A model generated the notes under the pieces. The model ran no database searches, was not told the DNA's origin, and saw nothing but the letters and a program-made list of their open reading frames with translations. From an uncultured Methanosarcinaceae archaeon (GTDB taxonomy: Archaea; Halobacteriota; Methanosarcinia; Methanosarcinales; Methanosarcinaceae), in the NCBI GenBank assembly GCA_963833425.1, contig CAWHXP010000010.1, positions 32,001 to 96,000 on the forward strand: a DNA stretch of 64,000 nucleotides, written 5' to 3'. Both the position numbers and the translations under genes were made by a program. Of this stretch, positions 44,178 through 55,494 are shown piece after piece. The first letter of the stretch is position 1. Each line of letters opens with the position of its first letter.

Positions 44178-45499
44178 TTTTAAACCTCAGGACATGAATT
44201 TCTATTGAGTAAGATGAAAAAACTAACATTAAAAGATGTGTCATTGTGTACTTACAGCTGAAATTCCCTGTCAGCTTGTTTTAACAAATGAGGAATATGA
44301 TAGTGCTGAAAGGTCAAGTAATGAATTGAGGATGTTTTTTGTTCCTGTGTTTGTTCGCATAGAACATATATATGGTAAAATTATATTTTATATTTTTTGT
44401 AACATTTATCATATTTAATATTACTATTTTTAAAACTTATGATATATATCGAAAATAAATACAACATTTAAGTATAGATGTCATCAATTTTGAAAAGTAG
44501 TTTATGAAAAATTATAGGCATAATGGATTTTTATATCTTTGATGTCGCCATTTTTAACTGGATAATTATTTACAACCCACATAAAACAACGGAGAATCCG
44601 ATTTTCTTAGTTGATAGGTGGAAGGAAATCTTGATAAATCCACTAGCTTCACAAATCATTTATGTACCATTTTAGAATCCTATGACGGAATGTAGGAGTT
44701 TATTGGAATCCTTTTAAATATTTTTTGAGATTTTTCTGATTTGTACAAATGGTTTTCAGAATGAGTAGATTTGGAAATACTGATAATATAAGTGGATTTG
44801 TATATCATATTGCGCATATGGCTCTTAAGTCTGAGAATCAACTCAAGGAGTTCTAAATACGCTTATATGTTTCATTTCATCAAGTTCAGTCCCTTCAGGT
44901 GCACTACAAAAGATATCCACACCAGGGATTCCTGAAGGGGCTCCTATGGCTGTATTAACTTTGCTTCTGCTCCTTTTGCTCAGAGATTTCCTTCCATTGT
45001 CAAAACAGTGTTGAAATATTACAAAAGTCTCTTTGTATATGGGAATTATTCCACTGTTATTTATCTTTGTTGCTAGCATTGTTTTAAAGCTCGTCGAGCT
45101 ACTTTAATGGCCATAATATTTTATATTTTTTAAGGACATTTTCCAAGTGTCTGAATTTTATTATATCTCGTTTATTGATTATTCTATTTATTTGGTTGAT
45201 GTTATTCCATAATACTCTTAATGCTGTTTTTAAGTCTGTTTTGTTTCGCATTTCAGTTATATGGGAGCAGACTTGTCTCAATGAATGAAAATGTAAGTTT
45301 TCATTGCATGAAGATTAATACTTCATAGCATACTCGATAGGGATTATGAGCTGATCAGAAGGTTTAAAACAAAAACTGCATCACTTCATGATTCGTATGT
45401 AGATTTATCAGAAAAAATGAGGTGTTTGACAGCAACAAGGTCTCTGTAATTGACACTGCTAAAAACAACGTTACATCCACGGTAAATTTGTAAAGGGAT

Positions 45500-45750
45500 C
45501 GAGGATGCTTTTGAGCAAAATCAAAAGGTTATAATTCAACAATAAAAAGAGAAGTAAAAGAACATCCTGAAAAGAAGGGTTATATTAAGAAAAAGAGGAT
45601 CGGCTCCAAGAAAGTACTAGGTGAGCGAGTTTATGCAGTGAGTAAAAAAATATTCAAAGCAGGAAAGGTTCTTGTAACTACTATCCAAAGAGCGAATCTG
45701 AAGATGTTATGTAAAATTTTTTGTTATAATTTCCATCAATTAATGACAAA
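45500..45750 (+). pseudogene. IS5-family transposase 3' remnant
   Basis: GERVYAVSKKIFKAGKVLVTTIQRANLKMLCKIFCYNFHQLMT resembles the DDE C-terminus; an isolated YVTN repeat fragment precedes it at about 45425-45492. Confidence 0.6.
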
Positions 45751-46030
45751 AATTACAGAAATTCGCGGAAATGATTTAAACAGGATTCTCACGAAGAAAA
45801 AAAACAAAGGTAAATCTGAATCCTCCGAGGACTAAAATTTCTGATTTCGGTTAGAGCTTTAAAAATAGAGGGTGTGCAGATAAAATAAAAAAATAAATTT
45901 ACTTTCAATACTATAAAACATGGAAAAATGTTCTGACAACTTTAACAGCTCCCAATTTCTTTAGTCATAGTTTTGATATTTTTCCGTGTTTCTGATTTTT
46001 AAAGTCTTTCAAGGAAATTCTTTTACTGTA

Positions 46031-47017
46031 TCACACTCTCAGAGCCTGATTACTATCAATCCTGTTATACAACGCTTCCAAATTTTTCTGAAGCCTGTCA
46101 ATTCCCTGTTTCCAGAGCATTTTATTGGATTTCAGAGATTCGCTCAGCTTCAAAGCTACGAGCTTTGCATAGTTTTGGGAAACTTTTTGATTGTTCCAGG
46201 AAAAGCCGAAAGCCATATCTGTTTTTTTGATACTGTATTTTTCGTGGATCAGGAATTCATAAAGTTCAGGAACACAATCTAGCTTTTTTTCGAAATTTAC
46301 GGAAAAGTTTGTGGTAAGGTAAGCCAGATTTCGGAGACTAGACTGGACACCACAGCTTTCAGGACACAGTTTCTCCGAGTTTGCGAACTTGAGCATCTCT
46401 TTGAATTCAAGAAAAATATCAGTTTGCTCGAAACTGGATGGTAGAGTTTTTCCGAAGAAAATTAAGATATGGATGCATTCGTGAAAGAGAATTTTTGCAA
46501 TCAGGAACTCGATTCTCTCCTGAAGGTTCCAGAACATTTCGACCAGTTCTTTTCCCCATAATTCATAGGGATTTATCAGGATAAGGGACCTGTAGATTAT
46601 TTTGTTATTTTTTCTGGAAACGATCTTCTGTGGTTCGAAGGCCAAACCCGGCATATTACCAAAAAATTGTGCTTGAATAGCTAGATCCCAGAAGTATTCC
46701 CATTTTCTGGAACTTACACATTTTACTCTATAATATTTCCCATCAAAGTGAACTTTTTTTATTAACTGGTATATATCATCATTTTGTTCTTTAATAAGAA
46801 TTTTTATCATGGCCTCTCGATAAATGTTTAGGTCAAGAAAGAAAAACCCTGGATAAGAAACTGAGCAGTTTAGACCAGGATAAGAAACAGGAAAGAAGAA
46901 TTTAGTAATAGGGGAAGTTCCCAATGATGCTGGTAACGACTTACCATGTTCCACATGTACCTGCAAACTGTTATTTTGCTCCAGCAAAGCCTTTTTTGTT
47001 CTAATTTCTTGCAACAA
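46031..47017 (-). CDS. Hypothetical protein with HExxH motif
   Basis: KILFHECIHILI and a later HEKY; true start uncertain. Confidence 0.55.
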   Translation of the reverse strand: MLQEIRTKKALLEQNNSLQVHVEHGKSLPASLGTSPITKFFFPVSYPGLNCSVSYPGFFFLDLNIYREAMIKILIKEQNDDIYQLIKKVHFDGKYYRVKCVSSRKWEYFWDLAIQAQFFGNMPGLAFEPQKIVSRKNNKIIYRSLILINPYELWGKELVEMFWNLQERIEFLIAKILFHECIHILIFFGKTLPSSFEQTDIFLEFKEMLKFANSEKLCPESCGVQSSLRNLAYLTTNFSVNFEKKLDCVPELYEFLIHEKYSIKKTDMAFGFSWNNQKVSQNYAKLVALKLSESLKSNKMLWKQGIDRLQKNLEALYNRIDSNQALRV

Positions 47018-47873
47018 GAACCCATCCTTTGCAATTCATCTTATTTTCTTATATTATGGAGGTTAGTATTACTAAATTTTATTTTTGTATTGAATTATGA
47101 TAAAATATTTTACAATATTTATACTTATTCATAAAAATATAAAAATTAGTATTAACAGCTTCGATGATAAAAAGGAACTGAAATTTTTTGAAAAAAATAG
47201 AAAATAAATGCAAATAATTAGTGTGAGAACTAGAATCTAATCCATTTGTTCAACTAAAATCACAAAAATTTTTCGGCGGCTTCCTTCAATTACGTTTTTT
47301 CCAGAGATATTTCCCAATACTTTTTTGCAGTTATTGTTACATATTCTATTCTCTTTAATCATACAAACTGCTATAACTTTTTTACAGTACTCTGAACTCA
47401 AAACAAAAATCTAGTAAGTTAATTCCAAAGCCGACTTTTCAAAGGCGTTCTTGAAATATTTGTTTTTTCAGAATATCAATCAGTTACCTTTTTGAATACA
47501 TTAAAGCTATATTTTGGTATTATTTATATAAAATTATTTATCAGTTTTGTGTGTAATAAATATCAAATAGGAAATAATTTATCTTAAAAAAACTAACATT
47601 AATATGAATCAAAAGCTAAGAAAACAATGTTTAGCAAGGAAAGGAACAAAATATGCCTAAGGAAGTTGCGAAAACAAAAATCTTTGGCTTAAAAAATACG
47701 CGTATACAAAGTTTGAAAATAAAAGATATAACGCCAAAACCATTCATCATAAAAAACCTTGCGCGAAAGGAAGTTACCTTCTATAGAATCAAATCATAAC
47801 AATAAATAAAAATTGATTCTAAATTTACATCAAATTTGCAATACTACCAAAAAAGGCTCTAAAACTCTAACCT

Positions 47874-48770
47874 TTGGAAAATAGTGAGCTTACCCACCCA
47901 AAAGAAAAACCTGGATACAAAAACATTCTGAAAACCAAACTAAGAAAGCAGGAAAAAGTTTTGCAAGGAAAGGAGCCGGTAATACCTCTCTTTTTAAGAT
48001 TTCTTGGAGGAATTTGCATAGACTGCAAGAAAGTTATTGCCAACTACTGGAATATAAGGTCTTCAACATACACAAACGGAGTAAATGGTTTTGATGAAGA
48101 AGAACGCCATGTTTGGAAACAAACCTTTGAAAATTCTCTGCCTGCCAATGAGCATTTGAAAATACTGGACGTTGGGACAGGCGCTGGTTTTCTAGCCCTT
48201 CTTTTTGCTGAGATGGGACATGAGGTAACAGGTATAGATCTTTCTGCAGGCATGCTCGAGAAAGCAAAGGATAATGCAGAGAATATGGAACTTAAAATTG
48301 ATTTTTTTCATGGTGACGCTGAAAATCTTTCATTTGAGGATAATTCCTTCGACTTGGTTGTAAGCAAATTCTTGCTCTGGACTCTCCCAAAACCTTCTTG
48401 TGCGGTTAGGGAATGGAAGAGAGTCCTGAAACCGAACGGCAGGGTTTTTGCCATAGATGGAGATTGGTTTGATCCCAGACCAAATAGACGGATAAAAAGA
48501 AAGATTTCCGAGTGGATAGGAAGAATTGTGAAAAAGAACCATAATTCTTTGGTTTTCAAAAATTATTATGGATCAATCCGAGATTTTTTGCCTCTCTATG
48601 AGAAAATAAGTCCGGAAAATGGTTCATTTCTTTTTTCGCAAAACGGACTTGTAAACACTGCAGTCAATCCTCTTCTGGAGGTACAAAAATTTAAAAAAAA
48701 TAGGCAATCATTCACGCAGAGGTTTATTGGGAATAATTCTATTTTTCTGATATCTGGAGAAAAAAGGTAA
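47874..48770 (+). CDS. Class I SAM-dependent methyltransferase
   Basis: KILDVGTGAG, GIDLSAGML, GDAENLSFEDNSFDLVV and EWKRVLKPNG; start uncertain (GGAGG RBS precedes ATA at 48018). Confidence 0.88.
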   Translation: MENSELTHPKEKPGYKNILKTKLRKQEKVLQGKEPVIPLFLRFLGGICIDCKKVIANYWNIRSSTYTNGVNGFDEEERHVWKQTFENSLPANEHLKILDVGTGAGFLALLFAEMGHEVTGIDLSAGMLEKAKDNAENMELKIDFFHGDAENLSFEDNSFDLVVSKFLLWTLPKPSCAVREWKRVLKPNGRVFAIDGDWFDPRPNRRIKRKISEWIGRIVKKNHNSLVFKNYYGSIRDFLPLYEKISPENGSFLFSQNGLVNTAVNPLLEVQKFKKNRQSFTQRFIGNNSIFLISGEKR

Positions 48771-49044
48771 AAAAACTATTTAGTACCTATATTTTTTTGG
48801 GTTGGATCCTCCCTGAAAATGCCGCAACATACCTTAATTCACGCTTTTAACAAATGTCTTTTTCCCATTTTCATACCATTCTGAAAGTTATTGCTAATCC
48901 TTCTTACGTTTGTTATCATATTTTTGATTTGTCAGATACTAATATTATATTTATACATACTTTTCTATAAAACTCACAAACTTTAAATACGGGTTCCCTA
49001 CAAAAAAGAATTATTAAAACTAGGCTATTATGAATTCAAGATTT

Positions 49045-49168
49045 TGCAGATGTACACAAATGTATAATTTGTTTGCCTAGTTGGCCACTATCATTCGTTA
49101 AAAGTTAGATTAAATTTTAAACTACCGCCATATTGAGAAAAGGGATAGCATTTTTGTGTACATCTGCA
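49045..49168. mobile_element. 124-bp element with perfect 16-bp IRs upstream of the NAS pair
   Basis: TGCAGATGTACACAAA / TTTGTGTACATCTGCA; degenerate relative at about 54046-54172. Confidence 0.65.
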
Positions 49169-49205
49169 GGAAATGAATATAATATAATATATATTATATT
49201 TAACT

Positions 49206-50105
49206 GTGGGGAATAGGGGATTAAACGGCATGAGCACTGCACAGATAACTGAAAATATTAATTTCCCAGCCTTATTTCAAGCTTCAGAGAAGCAACTGCA
49301 GCTATATGATATAAGATCCAAGTTGTTACTTTTTTGTAGTAAAATTGCAGAGTTTGATTTGACCAAAATGACAGATTCAAATCTGGCTGGACTCTACAAG
49401 GTTTTTGCAGAATTGGATGCACTAGGAAATCTGGATGTTGACAACGAAATGTGTGAGTGTATTCTTCAAGACCCAGTGATTCAGTCCTTACTTCCTACAA
49501 TCCATTCCAGCTACAGCAGCTTTTTCAGCTTGCATGAGACACATCTTGCACAAAAAATACTTAACTATGAGAACCCCTGGAAAATGTTGCAATCTTTCCC
49601 CCTATATCCGAAATACGAAAATCTGATCAGTGTACATTTCCATAATTCCCCAAAAATTGAAGTGCTGGCCTTTGTAGGTTGTGGTCCCATTCCTGTTACT
49701 CTGTTACTTTTCAGTAAATTATATGGCATCCTCTGCATCGGCATAGATCAAGATCCCGGAGCAGCAGCACTGGCCAAAAGGTGTGTAAAGCACTTTGGCC
49801 TCGAAAAAAAAATCAGTATTATTTGGGGGGATGAAACATCACTTTCAAAAATTGAATGGAATTCTGTACTCATAGCAGGGCTTGCTGAACCAAAACTACG
49901 AATTTTCCAGAACCTCCATAAAATAATTAAAAAAAAATCCGAGTCAAAAAAACCTATTTCTGTATGCTATCGTAACTATACCGGCATGAGGCAGTTGCTC
50001 TACTGGCCCATCCAGCCGAAGTGGACCCGAGGTTTTCGGAAAATAAATGAAATTTATCCCACAGGTGGAGTAAACAACACTCTAGTCTTCCTGGAGTGTG
50101 AATAA
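49206..50105 (+). CDS. Nicotianamine synthase-like protein 1
   Basis: LHETHLA, FPLYPKYENL, AFVGCGPIPVT, AGLAEPK, YR...GMRQLLY and VNNTLVF. Confidence 0.82.
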   Translation: MGNRGLNGMSTAQITENINFPALFQASEKQLQLYDIRSKLLLFCSKIAEFDLTKMTDSNLAGLYKVFAELDALGNLDVDNEMCECILQDPVIQSLLPTIHSSYSSFFSLHETHLAQKILNYENPWKMLQSFPLYPKYENLISVHFHNSPKIEVLAFVGCGPIPVTLLLFSKLYGILCIGIDQDPGAAALAKRCVKHFGLEKKISIIWGDETSLSKIEWNSVLIAGLAEPKLRIFQNLHKIIKKKSESKKPISVCYRNYTGMRQLLYWPIQPKWTRGFRKINEIYPTGGVNNTLVFLECE

Positions 50106-50919
50106 TATCTTACAAGTCGAAGCTTCGTACTTAATTTCAGAACTTCGACAGATTCATGCTCTGATAAAGGATATTGGAGAAGAAGAAGTTTTGGAGAGCT
50201 CCTCGGTAGAACTGCAGGTAGCTTTTAAGAGGTTGGATGAACTAGCTGCTCTTGAACTGGATGAAGAATCCACAGAGATGATCCTCAAAAGGCTGGAGCT
50301 TGAACCTTTGCTTATTTCAATTTCTAACTTTCGGTTCTCATATAATCTGAAGGTTGAAATCGAAAAAGCAAAAAGCATCCTTGAAAGCCAGGACCCGTGG
50401 AAAACCCTCAAGAATTTTACGTTTTATACAAACTATCTGCAGCTCGCTAGGACTGAATACATAGGTTCCAAACTAAAACCAGAAGACTGCGTTGTGTTTC
50501 TTGGCAGTGGTCCTCTACCACTGAGTTTGATAATGCTCTGTCACGAGCATGGTGTTCAAGGAATTGGAATTGAGCAAGATGGACAAAGAGCAAGTCTCTC
50601 ACGGGAAATAATTTCCAAACTCAAGCTTTCAGAAAAAATTAGAATAATTGAAGGAAATCACATCTGTCTTCCTCTCAAGGATAGATGTGAACTTTACATG
50701 ATCGCTGCCCAAGCCGAACCCAAAAAAGAGATATTCGAGCACCTAGCAAAAGTTCTGCCCAAAGGAAGTAAAATCTCCTATCGTCTATATGAAAAAGGCC
50801 TTAGAAGAATACTGGATGGCGGTATTCTCTTCGAACTACCGGCAGAATTTGAAGAATATCTTAGAGTTCAGCCAGAACCTCCGGTTAATAATACAGTTGT
50901 GTTTTTAGAAAAAAATTAG
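50098..50919 (+). CDS. Nicotianamine synthase-like protein 2
   Basis: VEIEKA, FTFYTNYLQLARTE, VFLGSGPLPLS, AAQAEPK, YR...GLRRIL and PPVNNTVVF; overlaps NAS1 stop. Confidence 0.85.
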   Translation: MNNILQVEASYLISELRQIHALIKDIGEEEVLESSSVELQVAFKRLDELAALELDEESTEMILKRLELEPLLISISNFRFSYNLKVEIEKAKSILESQDPWKTLKNFTFYTNYLQLARTEYIGSKLKPEDCVVFLGSGPLPLSLIMLCHEHGVQGIGIEQDGQRASLSREIISKLKLSEKIRIIEGNHICLPLKDRCELYMIAAQAEPKKEIFEHLAKVLPKGSKISYRLYEKGLRRILDGGILFELPAEFEEYLRVQPEPPVNNTVVFLEKN

Positions 50920-51075
50920 TAGCCCAGCAACCTCTATTTACCTTTTAGTTTAGCTGGGAATTTATTCCACTCCTCTTGCCAACAATAGCTAAGATCGAGC
51001 AGTTGATAGGTCGCACGACAACGTGCAGCATCTAGATTTTCTGTAATTTTGGATATTGCCCGGTCAGTTACAACC

Positions 51076-51915
51076 TTAATTCTCATGCTCATGAATGTGC
51101 TCCTCATCAAGGGCAGGGTGCAGATGCTCATGCACAAGCATGCCGTGAATGTGCATGTGCTCATGGATCAAATTTGCGGAAAGAAGAAGCTCCCGGTTAT
51201 CAAGTATCTTTTCTGCTCTATCATCCACCACAATCCTATGGTCTTCGCCCATGACTATGACTCTTTTGCTAATCTGCTCGACTGTTTCAAGGTCATGAGT
51301 TGCAGTAATTATTGTCTTTCCCGCAGTCCCAAGATCTTGTAATAGCTCTATAAGCCATAGCTGGGTTCTCGGGTCCAATCCTGCAGTAGGTTCATCCAAC
51401 AAAAGGACATCGGGGTTATTAGCCAGAACGGAAGCTATGCAGACTTTTTTCTTCTCCCCCCCGCTTAGAGTGTGAGGAGATCGATCTTTAAGCTTAGTGA
51501 TTTCTATCATCTCCATTACTTCCAAAACTCTGGTCCTGACATCCTCAGGATTCATGTCGAGCTGAAGGGGTCCAAATGCAATCTCATCAAAGACTGTGGG
51601 CGAGAAGAGCTGCACATCAGAGTTCTGAAAGACAAATCCTATTTTTTTTCGGAAATAGGACCTGAATTCATTATCTTTAATAGTATCGAAAACCTCTTCT
51701 ACTATCTTATTGTCAAAGGCATAGAATTCTCCCAAAGTAGGATATATAAGCCCGTCTAACATAGCCAACAAAGTAGATTTGCCACAACCATTTGCGCCAA
51801 TTATAGAAATCCGCTCACCAGGCTCCACTTTGAAGTTAATATCATTTAAGGCATTTATTTTTCCTACATATGAATATGAAACATTCCTTAAGTCAAAGAT
51901 CGTTTCCATATCCAT
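51076..51915 (-). CDS. nikO: ECF ATPase (NikO/CbiO) with His-rich C-terminus
   Basis: GANGCGKST, LSGGEKKK and LLLDEPT; tail HEHMHIHGMLVHEHLH...HIHEHEN. Confidence 0.9.
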   Translation of the reverse strand: MDMETIFDLRNVSYSYVGKINALNDINFKVEPGERISIIGANGCGKSTLLAMLDGLIYPTLGEFYAFDNKIVEEVFDTIKDNEFRSYFRKKIGFVFQNSDVQLFSPTVFDEIAFGPLQLDMNPEDVRTRVLEVMEMIEITKLKDRSPHTLSGGEKKKVCIASVLANNPDVLLLDEPTAGLDPRTQLWLIELLQDLGTAGKTIITATHDLETVEQISKRVIVMGEDHRIVVDDRAEKILDNRELLLSANLIHEHMHIHGMLVHEHLHPALDEEHIHEHEN

Positions 51916-51916
51916 G

Positions 51917-52853
51917 TCATCTGATAATGTTCTGAGAAATCAACACCAAGGCTATGCTCAGAGATATTACTATTGCCCCTGAAACATAATCTCGGATACG
52001 CATTTTAAATTCTTGCATTGTTTTAACATCCCCATTGTAGCTCCTGGATTTCATGGCTTTATATACCTCTTCACTCATTCCCAGAGATCTTATCAGCACG
52101 TATCCTATTCGTCCCCCTACCCACTTTTGCTCCTCAAACATGCTTCTATATTTTATTGTCCTAGCTTTCTTTGCAATGTACATATCGCGAACCAGATTAG
52201 TTAGAACGAAAATATACCTGTAGGTCATACCCAACGTGAAAACATAGATTTTTGGAACGCCAATACTACGAAAGGACTTAAAGAGCATTTGCTGAGGTGT
52301 AGTCAGAAAAAGTAGAACTGTGGCAGAAACACATGTTGCAACACGCATTGTAAATATTACAGCGGCATTGACGCCCTGTCTGGTGATATAGATATACTCT
52401 CCGGCAGTGAAAATGGCCCCAAGTGAGAGTCAGGACCAAGGTATGCTAACCTAATTAGAGAATCGCCTGGTAAGAAGATATTGAAGATCATGGGTATAGC
52501 GATGATGCCTGAAAAGATGGGGATGAAAAGCCAGACCCGCTTGATGAAAAACAGGGCATCTATTTTACTGAGATACGAAAACAACAGCGTAAGCATATAA
52601 ACAAAGATCAGTAATTTCAGATCTCTGATCAAACTCGTTGCGAATATCAAAATCAGGATAGAAACTAGCTTAATCCTGGAATCCAAGCTTTGAAGCAGGC
52701 CTTTTCGCCTTGAATATACTTCTGAAAAAAAGTGGTCTCCATGAACTCGACAACTTCCTCAATTGTTCTACCTATGAAGCTCTTTTTACCATGATATACA
52801 GCAGAGCACCTACAAGGTTCTACCTTCACTTCTTTCATCCAGTTCGGGATCAT
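51917..52853 (-). pseudogene. nikQ: ECF T component NikQ/CbiQ with two frameshifts
   Basis: Three ORFs join to give SRRKGLLQSLDSRIKL...MTYRYIF...AMKSRSY; breaks at the A7 run 52725-52731 and the TA repeat near 52390. Confidence 0.88.
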
Positions 52854-54356
52854 TTGCCTCCAGTAAAAATAAAATGAGCTATTAGTTTGGTTAATCGTTG
52901 AAGCCTCTCTGACACAAAGCCTATTTTATCATTAAGCTCCTATTGTGCAGATTTTTTATCTGTAGTGCCTGCATTTGCAGCAGGCACTAGAGCAAGTAAC
53001 TGAAGCCTTTCAGACTAGAGAGTTCCCATTTTCCTTTTTGCATAAGTCCAAATTGAGATTATGATTCTCCAGAATACGATAGATATATGTGACCCTAAAA
53101 ACTGAAATCTTTATTTTGATTGAATAATTCTTCATGTTATGGAAAATGCGTCTTATGTGAAGAATAATAACACTCTCAAAACAAGCTTGTTGAGAGAGAT
53201 TTCCACAAATAATTCAGCTTCTTCAAACATCTAATACGGTTCTTATGAATTATTCTTGAAGAATATGGGAATTGTGCACTTGAGAAACGAAATAAAATAT
53301 TACCGAAGCTGTTGTCTAAACATCTATTTTAGACAATTTAAGGTTAAATGATATTGATTTTTCAGTTCAACTGCATAAGTTCTAGAATATTCTTATAATA
53401 CCAGATTGTTAAGTATTACATAGGCATCATTTTATATTACTTTGTTGGATAAATTTTAATTTTATTATTAAGTATTCCACCTTACAGAGATCCTAGAAAC
53501 GCTTTGTATTTGGAATCGAAATGTAAATTATAACGACACGTGAGCCCATAAAAAAGAGAATTTTACAGATATTGGATTAAAAAAATTCTCAAAGATAGAG
53601 TAGTAATATAAGATTAAAAAAGTAACCGAGAATACAGATCTTGGACAATTGAAATCGATGTTATAGTTAAGCTCCTTGATTTTTCGGTATTATCATGTGA
53701 TTTCCCCACACAAATATTACAATGCTGCATGTTACAACAGAATTACTCAATAGGTAGGCACTATTGCAAATTTGATGTAAACTCAAAGTTAGATTTTGTT
53801 TGCTGCGTGTAATTAGGTTTTCTGAAATGGAACTTTTTTGTTCAAGAACTTATTGAGATTTGTGCTTTTACAGAAAATGAAACAATTTGATGTAATTTCT
53901 TCTCGTTTGTCCCGGTTTAGAGCTAGCCATATGTCTATGTTTTTCAGAACCGATTATCTGGTCAAGTTTGTTGATTCTATAAAATATCCTAAAACATTAG
54001 CAGTTTTCAGAATAAATGAGGTGAAAGATTTCATTGAGCCAACCCTCTGCAGATGTGCGCAAGAATACCATATATTTTTCAGATATGACAGTAACTTAAA
54101 AAATAATCTAACTTTTAATAAATAATAGTAACCAAATAGACGAACAAATTATACATCGTATACATCTGTAGAGTATAGGAGATGGGAAATTAATCTCCTT
54201 TAGCAGGTAATTATTTAAAAAAATAATAAATATCTATACATTAGTATTACTCTATACTACATATTTTACAAAAAGTATTTAACAAATAGCAATTATACAT
54301 TTATATATAGCCAAATGAATTTAAGGTTCTAAACTTTTGGCTGAAAAATATGACAG

Positions 54357-54578
54357 ATGGTGAAAGATATGGAAGAAAAAGAAATGCACATCCACGTACA
54401 TAAGCCCGATGAAAAAAAGCTTGAGGAAGCACAAGTACATATACACTTACATGTCCACGAATATAAACATGAACATGAGCATGAGCACGAAGAAGAGACT
54501 CACACACAAGAGCATCCGCATAAAATCGAACATGAACACGAGCATGAGCACGGACACGAGCATGAGTACAAAAAATAA
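54357..54578 (+). CDS. His/Glu-rich small protein, putative Ni/Co-binding
   Basis: 20 His in 73 aa, mostly as HxHxH runs; 0.9 kb from nikR. Confidence 0.75.
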   Translation: MVKDMEEKEMHIHVHKPDEKKLEEAQVHIHLHVHEYKHEHEHEHEEETHTQEHPHKIEHEHEHEHGHEHEYKK

Positions 54579-55494
54579 GGATGGATCAAGATAACAATCT
54601 AGCTAGTTATGAGTAATTGATGTACTGGCAAAGAAATAATCATTTTTCAGGATGTCGATAGAGCAGAGACAAAAATTTTGACCAATCGAGAAAATTTCAT
54701 TTCATCTACAACCTAGATGAATATAATTTTCTCGATCTTTATTCTTGGGATCCATTCGCTTACTAGTCTTAGTTTTCAAATAATTTGGAAATAGTGCTCA
54801 TAAGCGGAAAAATAAAGCATAAGCAGAGATGCCATAAATATTATCATTTAAATCAATAGCTACCTAATTTTATTGATTTCTTACTATAAACACTTAAGTC
54901 TTAAATTGAATAAAGGAGTGCCAAAATGTTTCAGTTGATAGTCCCAAGTTTAGATAAAATTTTGGCTTTACTTGCATTAACTTATGCAGTAATTTGGCGT
55001 TGTAGAAACTTTCTCTAAAGTAACATTCTTAGGTTAAATTTGAATCTAGAAACTTGCCATTGTAAATTTAATTAAAAATGTTCAGTTTGTTTCAACCGTT
55101 CCAACCTGCTGTAATTTCTAATGATCAATTATAGTAATGAGACTAAATAGTTCAGAAGACACTACAAGAAAGATATTTGTATTCACATTGGACATGGAGC
55201 CATTTTGGATATCACATTAAACAATTCTATTATCTTCAATCATTTTTATAATTGCAACTTAATCTATAAAAAATAGCTTTCTGAACTAAAGAGATTCAAA
55301 ACTACTTTAGTATATATGTAAAGATTTCTAAAAGGTTATTATTGAATTAAAAAATTCTGTCTACTATATTGAAGCTATGTTTGAATCTACTACACCCAAA
55401 AATTAAATTGAAAAAATCAAGAGAAACTTCATCCACCTATCAAGTTTGACTTCCTTTGATACCAGATACTAATTTATATCATTCCACTAAAGAA

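Noticed and set aside
44700..45281. Minus-strand ORF fragments 44843 and 45099
   Set aside because: Possibly a decayed gene, but multiple stops and no family I can recognise.
3601..52731. Homopolymer frameshifts (3601, 7948, 52725) as programmed phase variation
   Set aside because: Runs are only 7-8 nt in AT-rich DNA among many other lesions; decay or sequencing error cannot be excluded without reads.
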